In this document: positions 10,800-22,609 of the stretch, piece after piece
Layout: every line of letters begins with the position of its first letter
Position numbering within the stretch: position 1 is the stretch's first letter
From: Paraphysomonas bandaiensis
Lineage: Eukaryota > Protista > Chrysophyceae
Assembly: GCA_965644295.1 (NCBI GenBank)
Contig: CBFFRP010000231.1
Location: forward strand, 62,001-126,000
DNA: 64,000 bases
Direction of reading: 5' to 3'
Position numbers and translations under genes: made by a program
Notes under the pieces: generated by a model
What the model was told of the DNA's origin: nothing
What the model saw: only the letters and a program-made list of their open reading frames with translations
The model's database searches: none

Positions 10800-11140
10800 A
10801 AAATAGTGGAGATATAATGAGTGGAACTCTTGTTTTACCATAACATCAATACAAACAACAGCAATGACGGATGAGTTAGAAACGACATATGATAACTATG
10901 TAACAAGCAAACAAGATTTAATAACATCAGGGAATAGACTAAGTTGTAGTTTAATAGTAAGAGGTTTTAAAGTTTCTTTCAAGTCTTCTAAAAAGATTGC
11001 TTTTGATTACTTAGTTCATATTTCTTTCTTAAATTTTCTACACGATTTAAGCCGTTTAAGATTGTGATTATAAAGTGTTTTTGGTGGTAATTCATGCATT
11101 GATTCTCCTTTTGAATAACAGGTGGAGCCTTGTATCAATC
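10800..11140 (+). other. AT-rich, decayed, virus-like coding fragment
   Basis: Short ORF 10864..11067 contains YDNYVTSKQDLITSGNRL, reminiscent of KQD.I repeats in viral fibre proteins. Composition resembles 6735-7454. Confidence 0.3.
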
Positions 11141-11165
11141 AAAATGTGTGTGTACAGTATTTGCA

Positions 11166-12698
11166 TTAATGCATGTCTCGTACTGCACTCGATAACCGCT
11201 CATGATCAGCGGTGTATTTCATGACAAGCTTATTTCCAGGTCCAAATAGGACATTTAGAGTATGTATTGCTTTGGCTCTACACCGGTGCGCTTGTCTCCC
11301 GGACACTTCAGTGCCTTCTTCTTGATATATTGCACCCAGCTCCCAAAGGGACTTGGCTAAAGACGTAGAAAGTACACCCTTTTCCTCCCGAGCAGATACT
11401 TCTAGTTGCTTGAAGTGTTCTCTTCCTTTGGAGTTGCCCCTCCTGTGTTGCAGAGTAGAGAGTGTGTTGTAAATACCAGCCTTTTCCGAGGAGCAGGTGG
11501 AGGGTGATGACGAATAAATTTCAAGAGCTTTCGTGCACAAATCTTCAGTGCCTTTGCCCAGGTCACCGAGGTCCATTCGCACTGCTGCAAGACTTTGCAA
11601 CGATTGTGCAACTGATGGATGTCGCCGTCCTAAAACAGAGACGCGCATTTGGAAAGCTTCTACCTCCAGTAGAAAGCACTCATTCAAGAGCCCTTGTGCA
11701 CGCCTAATCCTAGCGAGGTTAGCCAGTCCACTCGCCATTTGCCTTGACACTGCGAGATTGTTCTTGGAGCATATGTCACAGAGATGTGTAGCGTGATGGA
11801 TAGCAAAAGTGAAGGCCTTATGTCGGCGGTATATGCGAGAAAGAGTGTCCACGGGGCGCATCAAAGAAATGTGATGTTCATCGCGATAGACCTGTGACCG
11901 GAGTTTGATCACTTCCTTGTAGAGCTCGGCCGCCCGCATGTCTCGCCCAACAGCAAGCTCGCAGTCAGCTTGTACTTCCAGACACCCCGCTTGACATCGT
12001 ATGCTGGATGGACCCGCTGAAGTTGATACCACCTCAAACCCTCTAGAGGCCAACTGGAGGGCTTCGTGGTAGTGTCGCTTTTTGTAGGCTTCCTTCGATA
12101 GCTTTAAGAATTTGGCTGCAAAGAATGTAGCGCTCTTCTTCACATTGTTGTCTTTCCGTTGGTCTTTAACAGTAGAGCACGTGGACATGGTCCGCAAACG
12201 CAACACTGCAGGCGCACTGCCGTCTTTCTTTGCCGCAAGGAGTTGTTTTCTCTCTTTTTCAATGATAGTGCGACCCTCTGAATAATTTGAGATAAAGTGC
12301 CCATTTACTGCCACCAATCTGTTCACAATATTGTTATATTGAGACAAACAACAAACACAGAAAGCACATCTCACTCACATATCTCCAGAAGTAAGGTCTG
12401 TAATAGATCCCGCATCACTGATCACAATGGAGTCATCATCTTCATTAACAGCAAACACAACATCGTTATCAACAGGAATCTCTATATCCTTTAGATTACA
12501 TAAGAGCTCAGGGCTGGCACATGAGGCCTCTGCAGTGTCACTGTCTTTGTCACTACGATCCTCTTCACTTGTCGACTCACTGCTACTATGAGCAGGAAGG
12601 TTTTCATTAGGAATTGAGTCTAATAGAGAGAGAGGATTGTCTGCTATGGTTTGTAACTGGAGTTGATGCTGTGTGTTGGAAGTGATTGAGAGGGACAT
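11166..12698 (-). CDS. TPR-repeat protein (kinesin light chain-like repeats), 2 exons (~12698-12379, 12319-11166)
   Basis: Repeats such as LGRRHPSVAQSLQSLAAV and SLAKSLWELGAIY. A GTGAGT...AACAG intron joins the two ORFs in frame. Confidence 0.8.
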
Positions 12699-12854
12699 CA
12701 CTGGTGACTCTGAGGAGGTGAAGCAGTGTGATATTGTGTGTGAGAGACATTATTGAGAGTGTTATGGGTGGAGAAGAAGTATATACATCTAGGGCTTAAA
12801 GTGGTTAACAATATCTACAGATCTTTAGCACTGAACCCCCTCACTGCCTGCGGT

Positions 12855-13407
12855 GTATGTATGTATGTATGTATGTATGTATGTATGTATGTATGTACAC
12901 TCTGTATGTATGTATGTATGTATGTATGTATGTATGTATGTATGTATGTATGTATGTATGTGTGTATGTATGTATGTATGTATGTATGTATGTATGTATG
13001 TATGTATGTATGTATGTATGTATGTATGTATGTATGTATGTATGTATGTATGTATGTATGTATGTATGTATGTATGTATGTATGTATGTATGTATGTATG
13101 TATGTATGTATGTATGTATGTATGTATGTATGTATGTATGTATGTATGTATGTATGTATGTATGTATGTATGTATGTATGTATGTATGTATGTATGTATG
13201 TATGTATGTATGTATGTATGTATGTATGTATGTATGTATGTATGTATGTATGTATGTATGTATGTATGTATGTATGTATGTATGTATGTATGTATGTATG
13301 TATGTAGTATGTATGTATGTATGTATGTATGTATGTATGTATGTATGTATGTATGTATGTATGTATGTATGTATGTATGTATGTATGTATGTATGTATGT
13401 ATGTATG
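12855..13407. repeat. (TATG)n microsatellite, ~550 bp
   Basis: Directly visible, with few interruptions. Confidence 0.99.
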
Positions 13408-13463
13408 TTGTGTTATATTCAAGTCATGTTGTCTCGTGTATCTATGCACAACATAGTAAGTTC

Positions 13464-14021
13464 ATGGATACAAAGCATATAATAGTTGTCGGGTCCACAA
13501 ACCCCGTGAAGATTGAATCTACATCAATAGCAGTTCATCAATGCTTCAAAGACATTGTAAGTGATGTGGTGGGAGTGAGCTCACCCTCAGGTGTCAGTGA
13601 TCAACCAGTAGGAGACGATGAGACTCGGCAAGGAGCTGAAAATCGAGCTAGACATGCTTATGAGACCTATGAAAGGGACCATGGGACAAAACCTAAGTAT
13701 GGTATTGGACTAGAAGGGGGTGTCGGATGGACCGCTGAGAAGAAACTTGAGTGCTTTGCATGGGCGGCTGTATATGACGGGGAGAGATTTGGTACCGCGA
13801 AATCAGCTACATTCATTCTACCTAAAGCAATATCAGACCTTGTCGAATCTGGAGTTGAGCTTGGTGTCGCGGATGATATGGTTTTTAAGACAACAAATTC
13901 TAAACAGAAAGAAGGTACTATAGGTCATTTAACTAAAGGGGTCATTAGTCGCACACAGTACTATACTCCTGTTGTGACATTAGCGTTTGTACCATTCATG
14001 TGGCCTGATATGTATGATTAG
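13464..14021 (+). CDS. yjjX: Inosine/xanthosine triphosphatase (YjjX / NTPase_I-T family)
   Basis: MDTKHIIVVGSTNPVK...SGVSDQP.GD.ET..GA.NRA...GIGLEGG...ELG...G.IG.LT.G...R. The true start is the ATG at 13464, after the microsatellite. Confidence 0.9.
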   Translation: MDTKHIIVVGSTNPVKIESTSIAVHQCFKDIVSDVVGVSSPSGVSDQPVGDDETRQGAENRARHAYETYERDHGTKPKYGIGLEGGVGWTAEKKLECFAWAAVYDGERFGTAKSATFILPKAISDLVESGVELGVADDMVFKTTNSKQKEGTIGHLTKGVISRTQYYTPVVTLAFVPFMWPDMYD

Positions 14022-14459
14022 TTTATGTAGTTATTAAATATAACCTATGAATGAGATCGCGATACACCTTTCTGCCGCATTGCCATGCGTGCCTAAATTG
14101 TAAACCAGTGTTAGGTAGATGTACGACTTACTATTAATTATCGTCATAGCATGATGTCGAATATCAATTGAGGTGTATAGGTGATATTGTAGTGATATGA
14201 AGCGTACATACGTATATCTATGTGTGCAATCGTGGAAGCTGATCGACAATTTGATAAATGTCAAAATACAAAACACTATGGTGCACTGATGACTATTTTA
14301 AAAACTTCTGTAGGCGCTATAGAGTTGCTTATACTATGTTATTTTCTTATTAAATATTTGAGTTAGTGTAAAGGCACGCATGCACAAGCGGACGCTAGTT
14401 AGCAGTAAACTTTCTATTGACAATGAAACATAGTTTTGATTTTACATGCATCGGTGGGC

Positions 14460-14780
14460 CACACTAGGTACCTATTGATACTTGAACTACCTATAGGTAC
14501 TTCGTGCTTACCTATTAGGTATTTATCTCTTAGATACCTAGCTATAGATATTCCCACCGACCCTGCCCATAGGTAGGTGCCTATTTCTCACCACCAATAG
14601 TTACCATAAAATCATACCTATAGCAATAGGCATCTCACCTACAGGTGGTCCTATAGGTGGTACTACCTAGATGCTAAAATGTACGTATAGGTACTAGACA
14701 AGTTCTTAATAAGTATCATGAGGTTTAATTAATTAAGTACCTATAGGAAGCTACCTATAGGCATTTTTTCTTAGGTCCAC
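14460..14780. repeat. Dense cluster of palindromic ACCTATAGGT-like motifs, probably the subterminal region of a DNA transposon/MITE
   Basis: More than a dozen tacctat/ataggt variants in ~320 bp, ending in ggcattttttcttagg. Confidence 0.55.
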
Positions 14781-15747
14781 CGATGTGCCTAATGACAATG
14801 AAACCGGACAATAGGTTGTAAAAGTTGCCAAAGCGCTGCAATAACGGCATGGCGTAGAGAAAAGTGTTCGATTAGTTATTGCAGCCCAGGTAGACGCTCT
14901 CCAATTTTTTAGATGTAAAAAGTGAATATGGAGTGCTACATATTCAGTCATTAAAATAACGAGATAAATCAGGTAGCCTGCCTGATATTAGAATAGACAT
15001 CGTTAAGAAATCGAGTAATAGACACCAGCTAATGTTGCACTACACTCTTGTCTTGGGGTTAACATTGGGATGTGTTCACCTGCTTATATAAGTCTGAGGC
15101 ACATATGCCTGTGAGCTGCATAGAATCTGCCAAGGTGGTGATTGTAGATAGTAATGAATCAAAATGGAAAGGAAAACACTCATGAAAGGGTCGTAAGTAG
15201 ATTGAAGATCAGTGAGTGCATTGAATGGATATGTTGTAGCGTGTGTGCCCTAGAGAAGGGCTTCAGGAGGATTGACAGTCACTCTCCCATGATACGCATT
15301 CATAGGTATAGTGTGATGATTATCGTGGTCGGTGTACATGGCATGATGGTGTATTGGCATATGTCTATCTATCCAATCACAGCAGCAAGATTAGATCTAC
15401 GGTTATCATTCAACCGGGACAGTGATCCGTAACTGTAGCCGTTTCCGGATGGGGTGTTTCAGCGATAGTTCGCCATCATAATAATATCATGGAATACAGT
15501 CAGAATACATGTCTGTAGGGATTAGGTCTGTACAATGTGAGGCTTACGTGTAGTTTCATACATTAGTAGTAGTATGGATCTTACCTTACATTGCCTTCAC
15601 ATACATACATACATAACACCCTGTACAGCTATCTATCTATATATATATAGACCCATACCACTCTTCTAACCCACAACACACTCACTAATCAAATCCAATC
15701 AAATCCATTATCAATCTCTCATATAATCAACTATTTCATATACTTCA

Positions 15748-18182
15748 ATGGAACGTGAAAGCTTTGTTTTAAGCTCTGATACTATCTTAAAAGAGGGTAT
15801 ACTATATAAACAACGAGATCACTTTAAAGGATGGCGTTCACGTTATTTTACTTTAGATAATATATTTTTACATTATTATTTATCAAAAAATGATGATACT
15901 CCACGTAAAAGTATACAAATATGTAAAGGGGTTATTGTACGTGCAATTGAACCAAAGACTGTCAATGGACAGTTATATTATCCATTCGTTATATCTCATC
16001 CACGTACATCAACACATTATAAATTATCAACTGTATCAAGAAGTGATTGTGAGTCATGGATACGTGCTCTTACTGATGTAGCGAATAGTAGTAAATCTAC
16101 AGTTACTGAAATATATTCCAGTGAAGAGGATGGAAGGCGTAATGGATCATGTGATGGCAGTACTGAAAGCTTATTAGATGACAGTAGTGAAGATGAGGAA
16201 GAACCGTCATCTCCAACCTCTCCTGTGAGTAAAAAGAAAACTCTTCGAAATATCCCGGATGGGCTCTCAGTTAAGATAGAAACAGCTGTGAGCACTCTCT
16301 TAGAGGGGAGCTCGGAGGATGATGATGGCTGGCAACCTATGTTTGAAAAGCCTGGAAGGGTAGTTGCTACTCGAAAAAGTGGAGCCGGAACAATATGTGT
16401 GCGTGGAGTAGCCGTTCTTCCTTACACGATTCCTGAGATATATAGTGTGCTTTCTGAGCGTCGCAAAGAACTGGACCCTCAGTTAAACACGTACACCAGG
16501 CTGAAATGGTTCTCCCGGCATACCGGTGTAGAATATCTAAGGTTTAAGCCTGTTTGGCCAACGGCAGCGCGGGATTTCTGCAATCTCACTCATTGGCGTC
16601 TGTTGCGGGACGGCACCTTTATTACTCTCGGATTTAGTGAACCGTTCCCGATTTGCCCTGAAGAGAAAGGAGTGGTGCGTGCACAGCTCATCATCGGAGG
16701 ATATGTAATGAAACCTGTAGCAGGAGGGACTCATGTTACTATTCTTGTTCAGGTATTGTGTTTTCTTTATGTTGTACGCGCGTTGTGACTGTTCTCGTGT
16801 TTGTTAGTCGGATTTACGTGGGACACTTCCTGCAAGTGTACAGAGCCTTGCGGCACAAAGTCAGCCCCTTGTCCTTCTCACTTTGCGCAAAGTTCTGGAT
16901 AAGATTCATGATGGAAAATCTCGCAGTGATATTAGTCAGCCTGTAATCCCCAGTTATGAAGGTGGATAATATGCGTGACACTTGTAGCTCTAAAGCTAAT
17001 AGGTTTATGATAGATATGATGGTTATTGTGGAAAGAAACGCTAATCCTGCCGTACCCTATGAAGATGATGCTCCTCAGCGAAAATTAACTTTGTCACAAC
17101 GTACTGTTGGAAGTGTGAACCCTGATCCTATGGTAAGTACCGTACTAATCCTTGTGTGTATGAGTTGTACAATGAGAGTTTCATTGGTAATATATATCTG
17201 CACATTCGTAGGATACTAATAGGACCCCTCAGAATGTGCCTTCGGTTACTTCTCCGCAGAGTAATAATGAGAGCTCGACGATGTTTTACTTTATCTCAAC
17301 ACTTCTTATTTGTGTCGCGATATATTTTGCGATTGATGAGTAAGAATGTTATATGTTAACCCATTTGTCTTACTATTGCAATATTATACAGAAATATAGG
17401 TGACAATATCACGTGGGGTCTATACATTGCTGCACTTCTGCTAGCGATGGAAGTGATGCTACAGTCTCATCTCTACCAGCCATCACGCAGGGTTAGTTTG
17501 CGTTGAATGAGTTGTTCCACAGGTAATATCTGTGCAGGTATACTCGACCCCCTCTCGCGTTACCCCAGGAAACTTTTTTTTTAGATTCCGCATTGATAGT
17601 CCAAGGCGAAGTAGTTCGGGTACTATGAGTCACGTTATCGTAAAAGCGCTGGCAAAAGCAATCGAAGATTGTGGACTCAATGGACATGTTATTTTTGGGA
17701 AATTTTACCCTCTTCGCAGCGCCGGTGTTGATATCTCAGTCAGCGCAGACATAGATGCAGGCTCATCAACCATGGTTACGGTGCGCAGCGCGAATTCCAT
17801 GACAGCTGAGGGAATCGCTGCAGATATTGGTAGTAAAACTGCAGCTAGCAGAAATTCTGCCGAAGCAATGAGTTCATTGCTACCTTTCACTTTTGCATTG
17901 ATATGGCAGCTATTTGCTTTATTTTCTAACAAGTATGGTTTGCGCTTGTCAATATTTGAAGACGCTTTTCCCAATGGGGTAGGAACAGTATTTGTTACAG
18001 ATTCTCAAGAAAATGATATAGTGGTTTCTTTGGTACCAAATACGGGGGAGCTGTCAACACCCATTGCTGTAATTATTGATGGGAACGAAGCTACATTGAC
18101 AGTTAACTCTCGTGCTGCTTCGATCAAGGAGGGAAAACGACTAGTACTACGGTTTAAAGAATTATTGAGACAGTCCAACTGA
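15748..18182 (+). CDS. PH domain + START lipid-binding domain + degenerate 2-oxoacid dehydrogenase E2 acyltransferase-like domain; multi-exon
   Basis: PH: KEGILYKQRDHFKGWRSRYFTL...WIRAL. START: FKPVWPTAARDFC...VRAQL.IGGY...Q|SDLRGTLPASV. C-terminal HVIVKALAKAI...NGHVIFGKF.P...VDISVS. GT-AG introns link the ORFs. Confidence 0.8.
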
Positions 18183-19169
18183 ATCTTGTATGCATGCCAG
18201 TGAAAAGGCTGATGGAAACGGTGGTATGAGCGATTGCTAGTCACACTGAAACCGCTTCACTTTTCATGATTATTGCCGCTTAATTGGTATATCTATTTTT
18301 GTGCAGATCAGCCAAGAAATTTACTAAATAATAACTATTATTATTATTGCGATTTAGTCAATGTTGCTGAATATGAGAATGATGTTAACGTATGTCACAT
18401 TAGTCAACAATTACTACATATTACATATATATATTGCGTATACATATACTGTGCGTTGCTTTGTCTCATCTTTTCTGATTTGTGCTATAATAGCCTATTT
18501 GTGTTCAATGATTGTCACTCATTTCCGCTTTTAGTTATTCCTAAAGTCTCTTTTTGTCTTCTTCAAAGAATAATACCGTACGTTACTCTTGCTGTGCAAT
18601 CAGCTGTAGACCACAATCTTCCCGTCTTCCACGTTTGTGCCCTTTACTACGACCGGGAGAATAATGAAGCAATTAATTCACAGATTTTTCGTTGGTCCTA
18701 TACATTGTACCACAGATACCTACACGCTACACCATAATCTTGAACTCCATAGGAATAGGACTCGTGGCCTCTAGATTAAAATGATGGCTTTCTTGCAGGC
18801 TGGGACAAGTCTTTTCTAAAACAGGCTTTAAGACCCCCTGTATCAGAGCCAGCCCTAAACAAAGTCGGATTCGCATGTCAAGTTATGACACAATTGGATG
18901 ATTTACTAAGTTAACTGGACGTGTATTCACTCATGAATCTTATTATAAAATTAGGGAAGATTATAATAAATATAATACACAATATATCACGTTATCTCTA
19001 CTACCACTCATTTCTAGTACGACCTTATATCGTCATTATCTTCTCGTATGGTCAATATATATTCAGTTCTCATTACTTCTCATAATACAGTTAACCACTA
19101 TTGTATTCTCCAGTAACCGTCATAATTCCAATATCTTAAAATTACAGCTTTTAATTGCCTAAACAGCAA

Positions 19170-19720
19170 AACTCAACATCGCACCTTTTTGTAGTGTTCT
19201 GGGGAATAAGTACCGGAGAGATTTCTTCGGGAAACTAACGTCAGCCGCAAACATAGATAGCAAATAACGTTCTGCCCACTCCTAGCCAAATGCTTATGTG
19301 GTACAAGTGACACTAATAAGTGTCACTTGTGTAGACGTCTTTCGGCTCCGACTTATAAACAGATAAACAGGCAGCCGGGAATGGGTCCACCTGAAGGGTA
19401 ACCAGGGTGTTGGACTGCTTGCTGAAGTCAAGCATAGGCTGTTTACATTAAGGACTCCAAAATCTTGAAGTCAGCAGATGTCAGGTATATCAACATTCTG
19501 CTTGCTCACTGCGTTTGCTTTGAGTGACAGAGCGAAAGTGCTTGCACTTGGTGTGACATAAAAGCAGCTTTCGTAATGTTAAATAGTAGGATACCAGAGT
19601 CAAGCACTAGTTAGTTAAATTGCAATACTAAATTAGTTCAGACTCTTAAACGCCTGTTGCTACTAACAAGACATTCACTACTAGTACTTGAAAACTACTT
19701 CCAAGTCAGGAGATAACTAT
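19170..19720 (+). mobile_element. Dispersed non-coding repeat (SINE-like), copy B; tail homologous to the LINE 3' UTR
   Basis: Colinear similarity with 39780-40340. gcagctttcgta..gttaaatagtaggata and acgcct.ttgcta..aa..agacattcactact are shared with 5836-5984. Confidence 0.75.
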
Positions 19721-20372
19721 TTCTAACATAAATTGTACTGCTTTTAGATCAAAATATTAGGCTACAACTAACTCCTACGTACGTACTTGTAGCTAGTTGA
19801 GGCTACCCTGCATTCTATGTAGCAATGAAATACAGAATCTACAAGACTACAACAATTAGTGTAGATACTAAGCACAAATAAACTGAAAATAGAGTAGCTG
19901 TTAAAGATATGATTTGTAATTTGTAGAACAAAATAGTAGTGTTGGTGATTACAACCACAGTGATACAACATTATAATTTCACTATCTCTCTTGACGTAAT
20001 TCAGTCAATACTGTGCTACTACAAGTATAATTTAATACAAAGTTAGATACAAGGCTTACATACTTATAGAAACTTGATTTTGTATCGTACTTACGCCTAT
20101 TCTGAGTGTAATAGTAGTGCGGTGTTAAAACTGATTTCATATCACCAATAAAAAATGTTATTATGCAGCTATGCATTCATTTCCACCACTGGCTTAAAAC
20201 AGCTTAAAACATTGTAATTGCGAAGAGCCACTGTTTATTTACACATTTACTCAGATCACACCTTTCTATAGTGTATCCTGATACGTTTCAACCAGTATAA
20301 TCATTCTCCTCGAGCGAAAAAGAAAGAGTTCAGAGCACTATCGCTGAGATTTTCTCGAGAAAAACTACATGG

Positions 20373-21334
20373 TTACAACTGTCTAGTACAGATCTCATAT
20401 ATTTGAGATCCCAAGGCCATCCCACAAGCCACTCGTGCTGTACCCCATCCAACACGTAGCTGTTGTTGAAGATATCTAACTCTATAAAACATATTTTTCT
20501 CTAACTTGGCATTCTGCCACAATTCCACTAATACTTCACTAGCAGTTTTATGCTTCACCCAAGGAGGGGTCGCATAATGCATGTTCCTCACATAGTTTAG
20601 TGGACTTGACAATAGAGTGGCGAAAAAGCCAGCCAGCATGTTGACACCAAATTTATTGTGAGTGCTCTCCTTGTTCTGTAATCCGTGTCGCATGACAGCA
20701 AAGCAACCACCAAATACCATGTCTCGTGATACAGTTGCGAACGTACCCGCCACAAACGGACGGGCACCTCCATGGCAATATAACTTCTTGGCTGTTGCAA
20801 AGAAGTTTTCTCGCTCACACTCATCAATTCCCCACGTGTGGTACTGAATATAACATATTACAAAGCAAACTGGTAATAAATATGCGGACCAAACCATATA
20901 CTAAGACATTGGTATACTTGACACTAAAATGCACATATACACAATATGCACAGCAAAATAAAATGATTACACACAAATACCTTTATCGCAGCCAATGGAT
21001 TCAATGCTAAACCATTAATCGCTCCAGCACAATTTCCAGCAAGTAAAGAGATCCAATGATGACTTATATGTGTATTGCATAATATATATTCGAAAAACAT
21101 CATAAAGTTTTCCTCTAATGGAAAGTATAAACCAGCAGAGAAAGAGCGTTGAAATATCGTCTGTGACAAACCAGTAAATGGATACCTGAAGTTTTCTAAT
21201 ACTAAAAATGGACGACATTCTTTAACTGATAAGTATAGAGCTCTATCCCATGGATTGAATATAGCAGCTTGAATAACTCCACTCACAAGACCACAGCCAA
21301 ATAAACGCATCTTTGACCGCTCATGAGGGGACAT
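20373..21334 (-). CDS. Mitochondrial carrier (SLC25) family protein, 2 exons (intron 20844-20980)
   Basis: Three carrier-like repeats: FNPWDRAL, LNPLAAIK|Y, SSPLNYVRN. GT-AG intron in frame. Confidence 0.85.
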
Positions 21335-21590
21335 GATATGCAATAGATAAGGAACAGCTATAGAAAGAGATAGGCTGATTAATAGGAGAATATGAGGTTA
21401 TCTATTATAGGGCCATGCCTGTTGTTTAATTGGCCATATTGTGGTATGCTATACTATGAATGTACACAGCAGTGCACTCCTTTCCAAACAACAGTCATTA
21501 GCACCTTCCTATTCGCACTATACATATGTCACAGCTGGTAAATTATTTGATTTTATATTATAATAATTCTTCTAGACACTCACCAACAAA

Positions 21591-21684
21591 TCCTTGTTAG
21601 TATAGTGGTCAGTATACCCGCCTGTCAAGCGTCCTGTGATCTCTCAGATCGCGGGAGACCGGGGTTCGATTCCCCGACAAGGAA
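21591..21684 (+). tRNA. tRNA-Asp(GUC) with a 22-nt intron (21628-21649)
   Basis: Acceptor stem TCCTTGT/ACAAGGA, D arm AGTATAGTGG, anticodon stem CCCGC/GCGGG with CTGTCA, T arm CGGGG-TTCGATT-CCCCG. Upstream CAA and a downstream T run. Confidence 0.95.
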
Positions 21685-21794
21685 TTTCCTACACTTTTGT
21701 TTTTTTCATAATTTTTTCTCCGTAGCAATTTTATATGTAAGATTACTACATAAACATATATATATCCAAAAAAACATGCATCGTCATCAGCAAA

Positions 21795-21888
21795 TCCTTG
21801 TTAGTATAGTGGTCAGTATACCCGCCTGTCAAGCGTCCTGTGATCTCTCAGATCGCGGGAGACCGGGGTTCGATTCCCCGACAAGGAA
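21795..21888 (+). tRNA. tRNA-Asp(GUC) with a 22-nt intron, second identical copy
   Basis: Identical to 21591-21684 including the intron. Followed by a T-tract Pol III terminator at ~21897. Confidence 0.95.
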
Positions 21889-22609
21889 TTTCATACTTTT
21901 TTTTTTGTCTTTGTCAATGATTTTATGCCTCCATATATGCAGAGTACAGTATTATACAGATATATAGGTGCATTAATGCAATATTATTCGAGATTTAATA
22001 TGTCCTCTTTGCCAGAATGTTTTGTTTCAGCATGTCATGTGCATGGATAGTATATATAATTTCAAGCAGATTGATGCTTGTGCTCAAATTATTGACATGC
22101 AGAAAGTGTGCTCAACTTAAATTATACGTAGTACTGCAACATTAACCTGTACTGGACTGCTGTCAACAACGTATCACAGTTTCATGGTTTCCATATCCAG
22201 ATATTTGAACGGCTGTTGTAAAGTACAGTATGAGGACATCCACATCTGTGTATATACTGCTGTATTTTTATGTATACCTATTTCCTACACTATATTTCAG
22301 CACACAAAATACATACAATATACAGTGTATATCCAGTCACTTTTTAAAATCTATATGGCCGTATCGCTCGTATCGCACCTGACATCACTCACTCAATCTC
22401 ATATATAATGAAGTGAAGTGACTTCACACTTCATGTAATTGATACTTATAAGATGCTTCTATTGCCTTAACTTAACTTTAATATACCTGTACGGGCTAGA
22501 CCGGAAAGTGAAGTTCTATATATTTGATCAGTTCATTAACATCAGGATATCACTGTATACACTATCATAGTAATCAAACAGTGAATCCATTAGATATTAT
22601 CATTAAATA

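Noticed and set aside
12753-13482. ORFs reading MYVC/HTYI repeats (also 35100-35383 and 42151-43161)
   Set aside because: These are translations of (TATG)n microsatellites. The real genes start beyond the tracts.
18273-18737. 154-aa ORF downstream of the PH-START gene
   Set aside because: Non-ATG start, AT-rich Y/C/L-biased composition and no motif. Likely non-coding.
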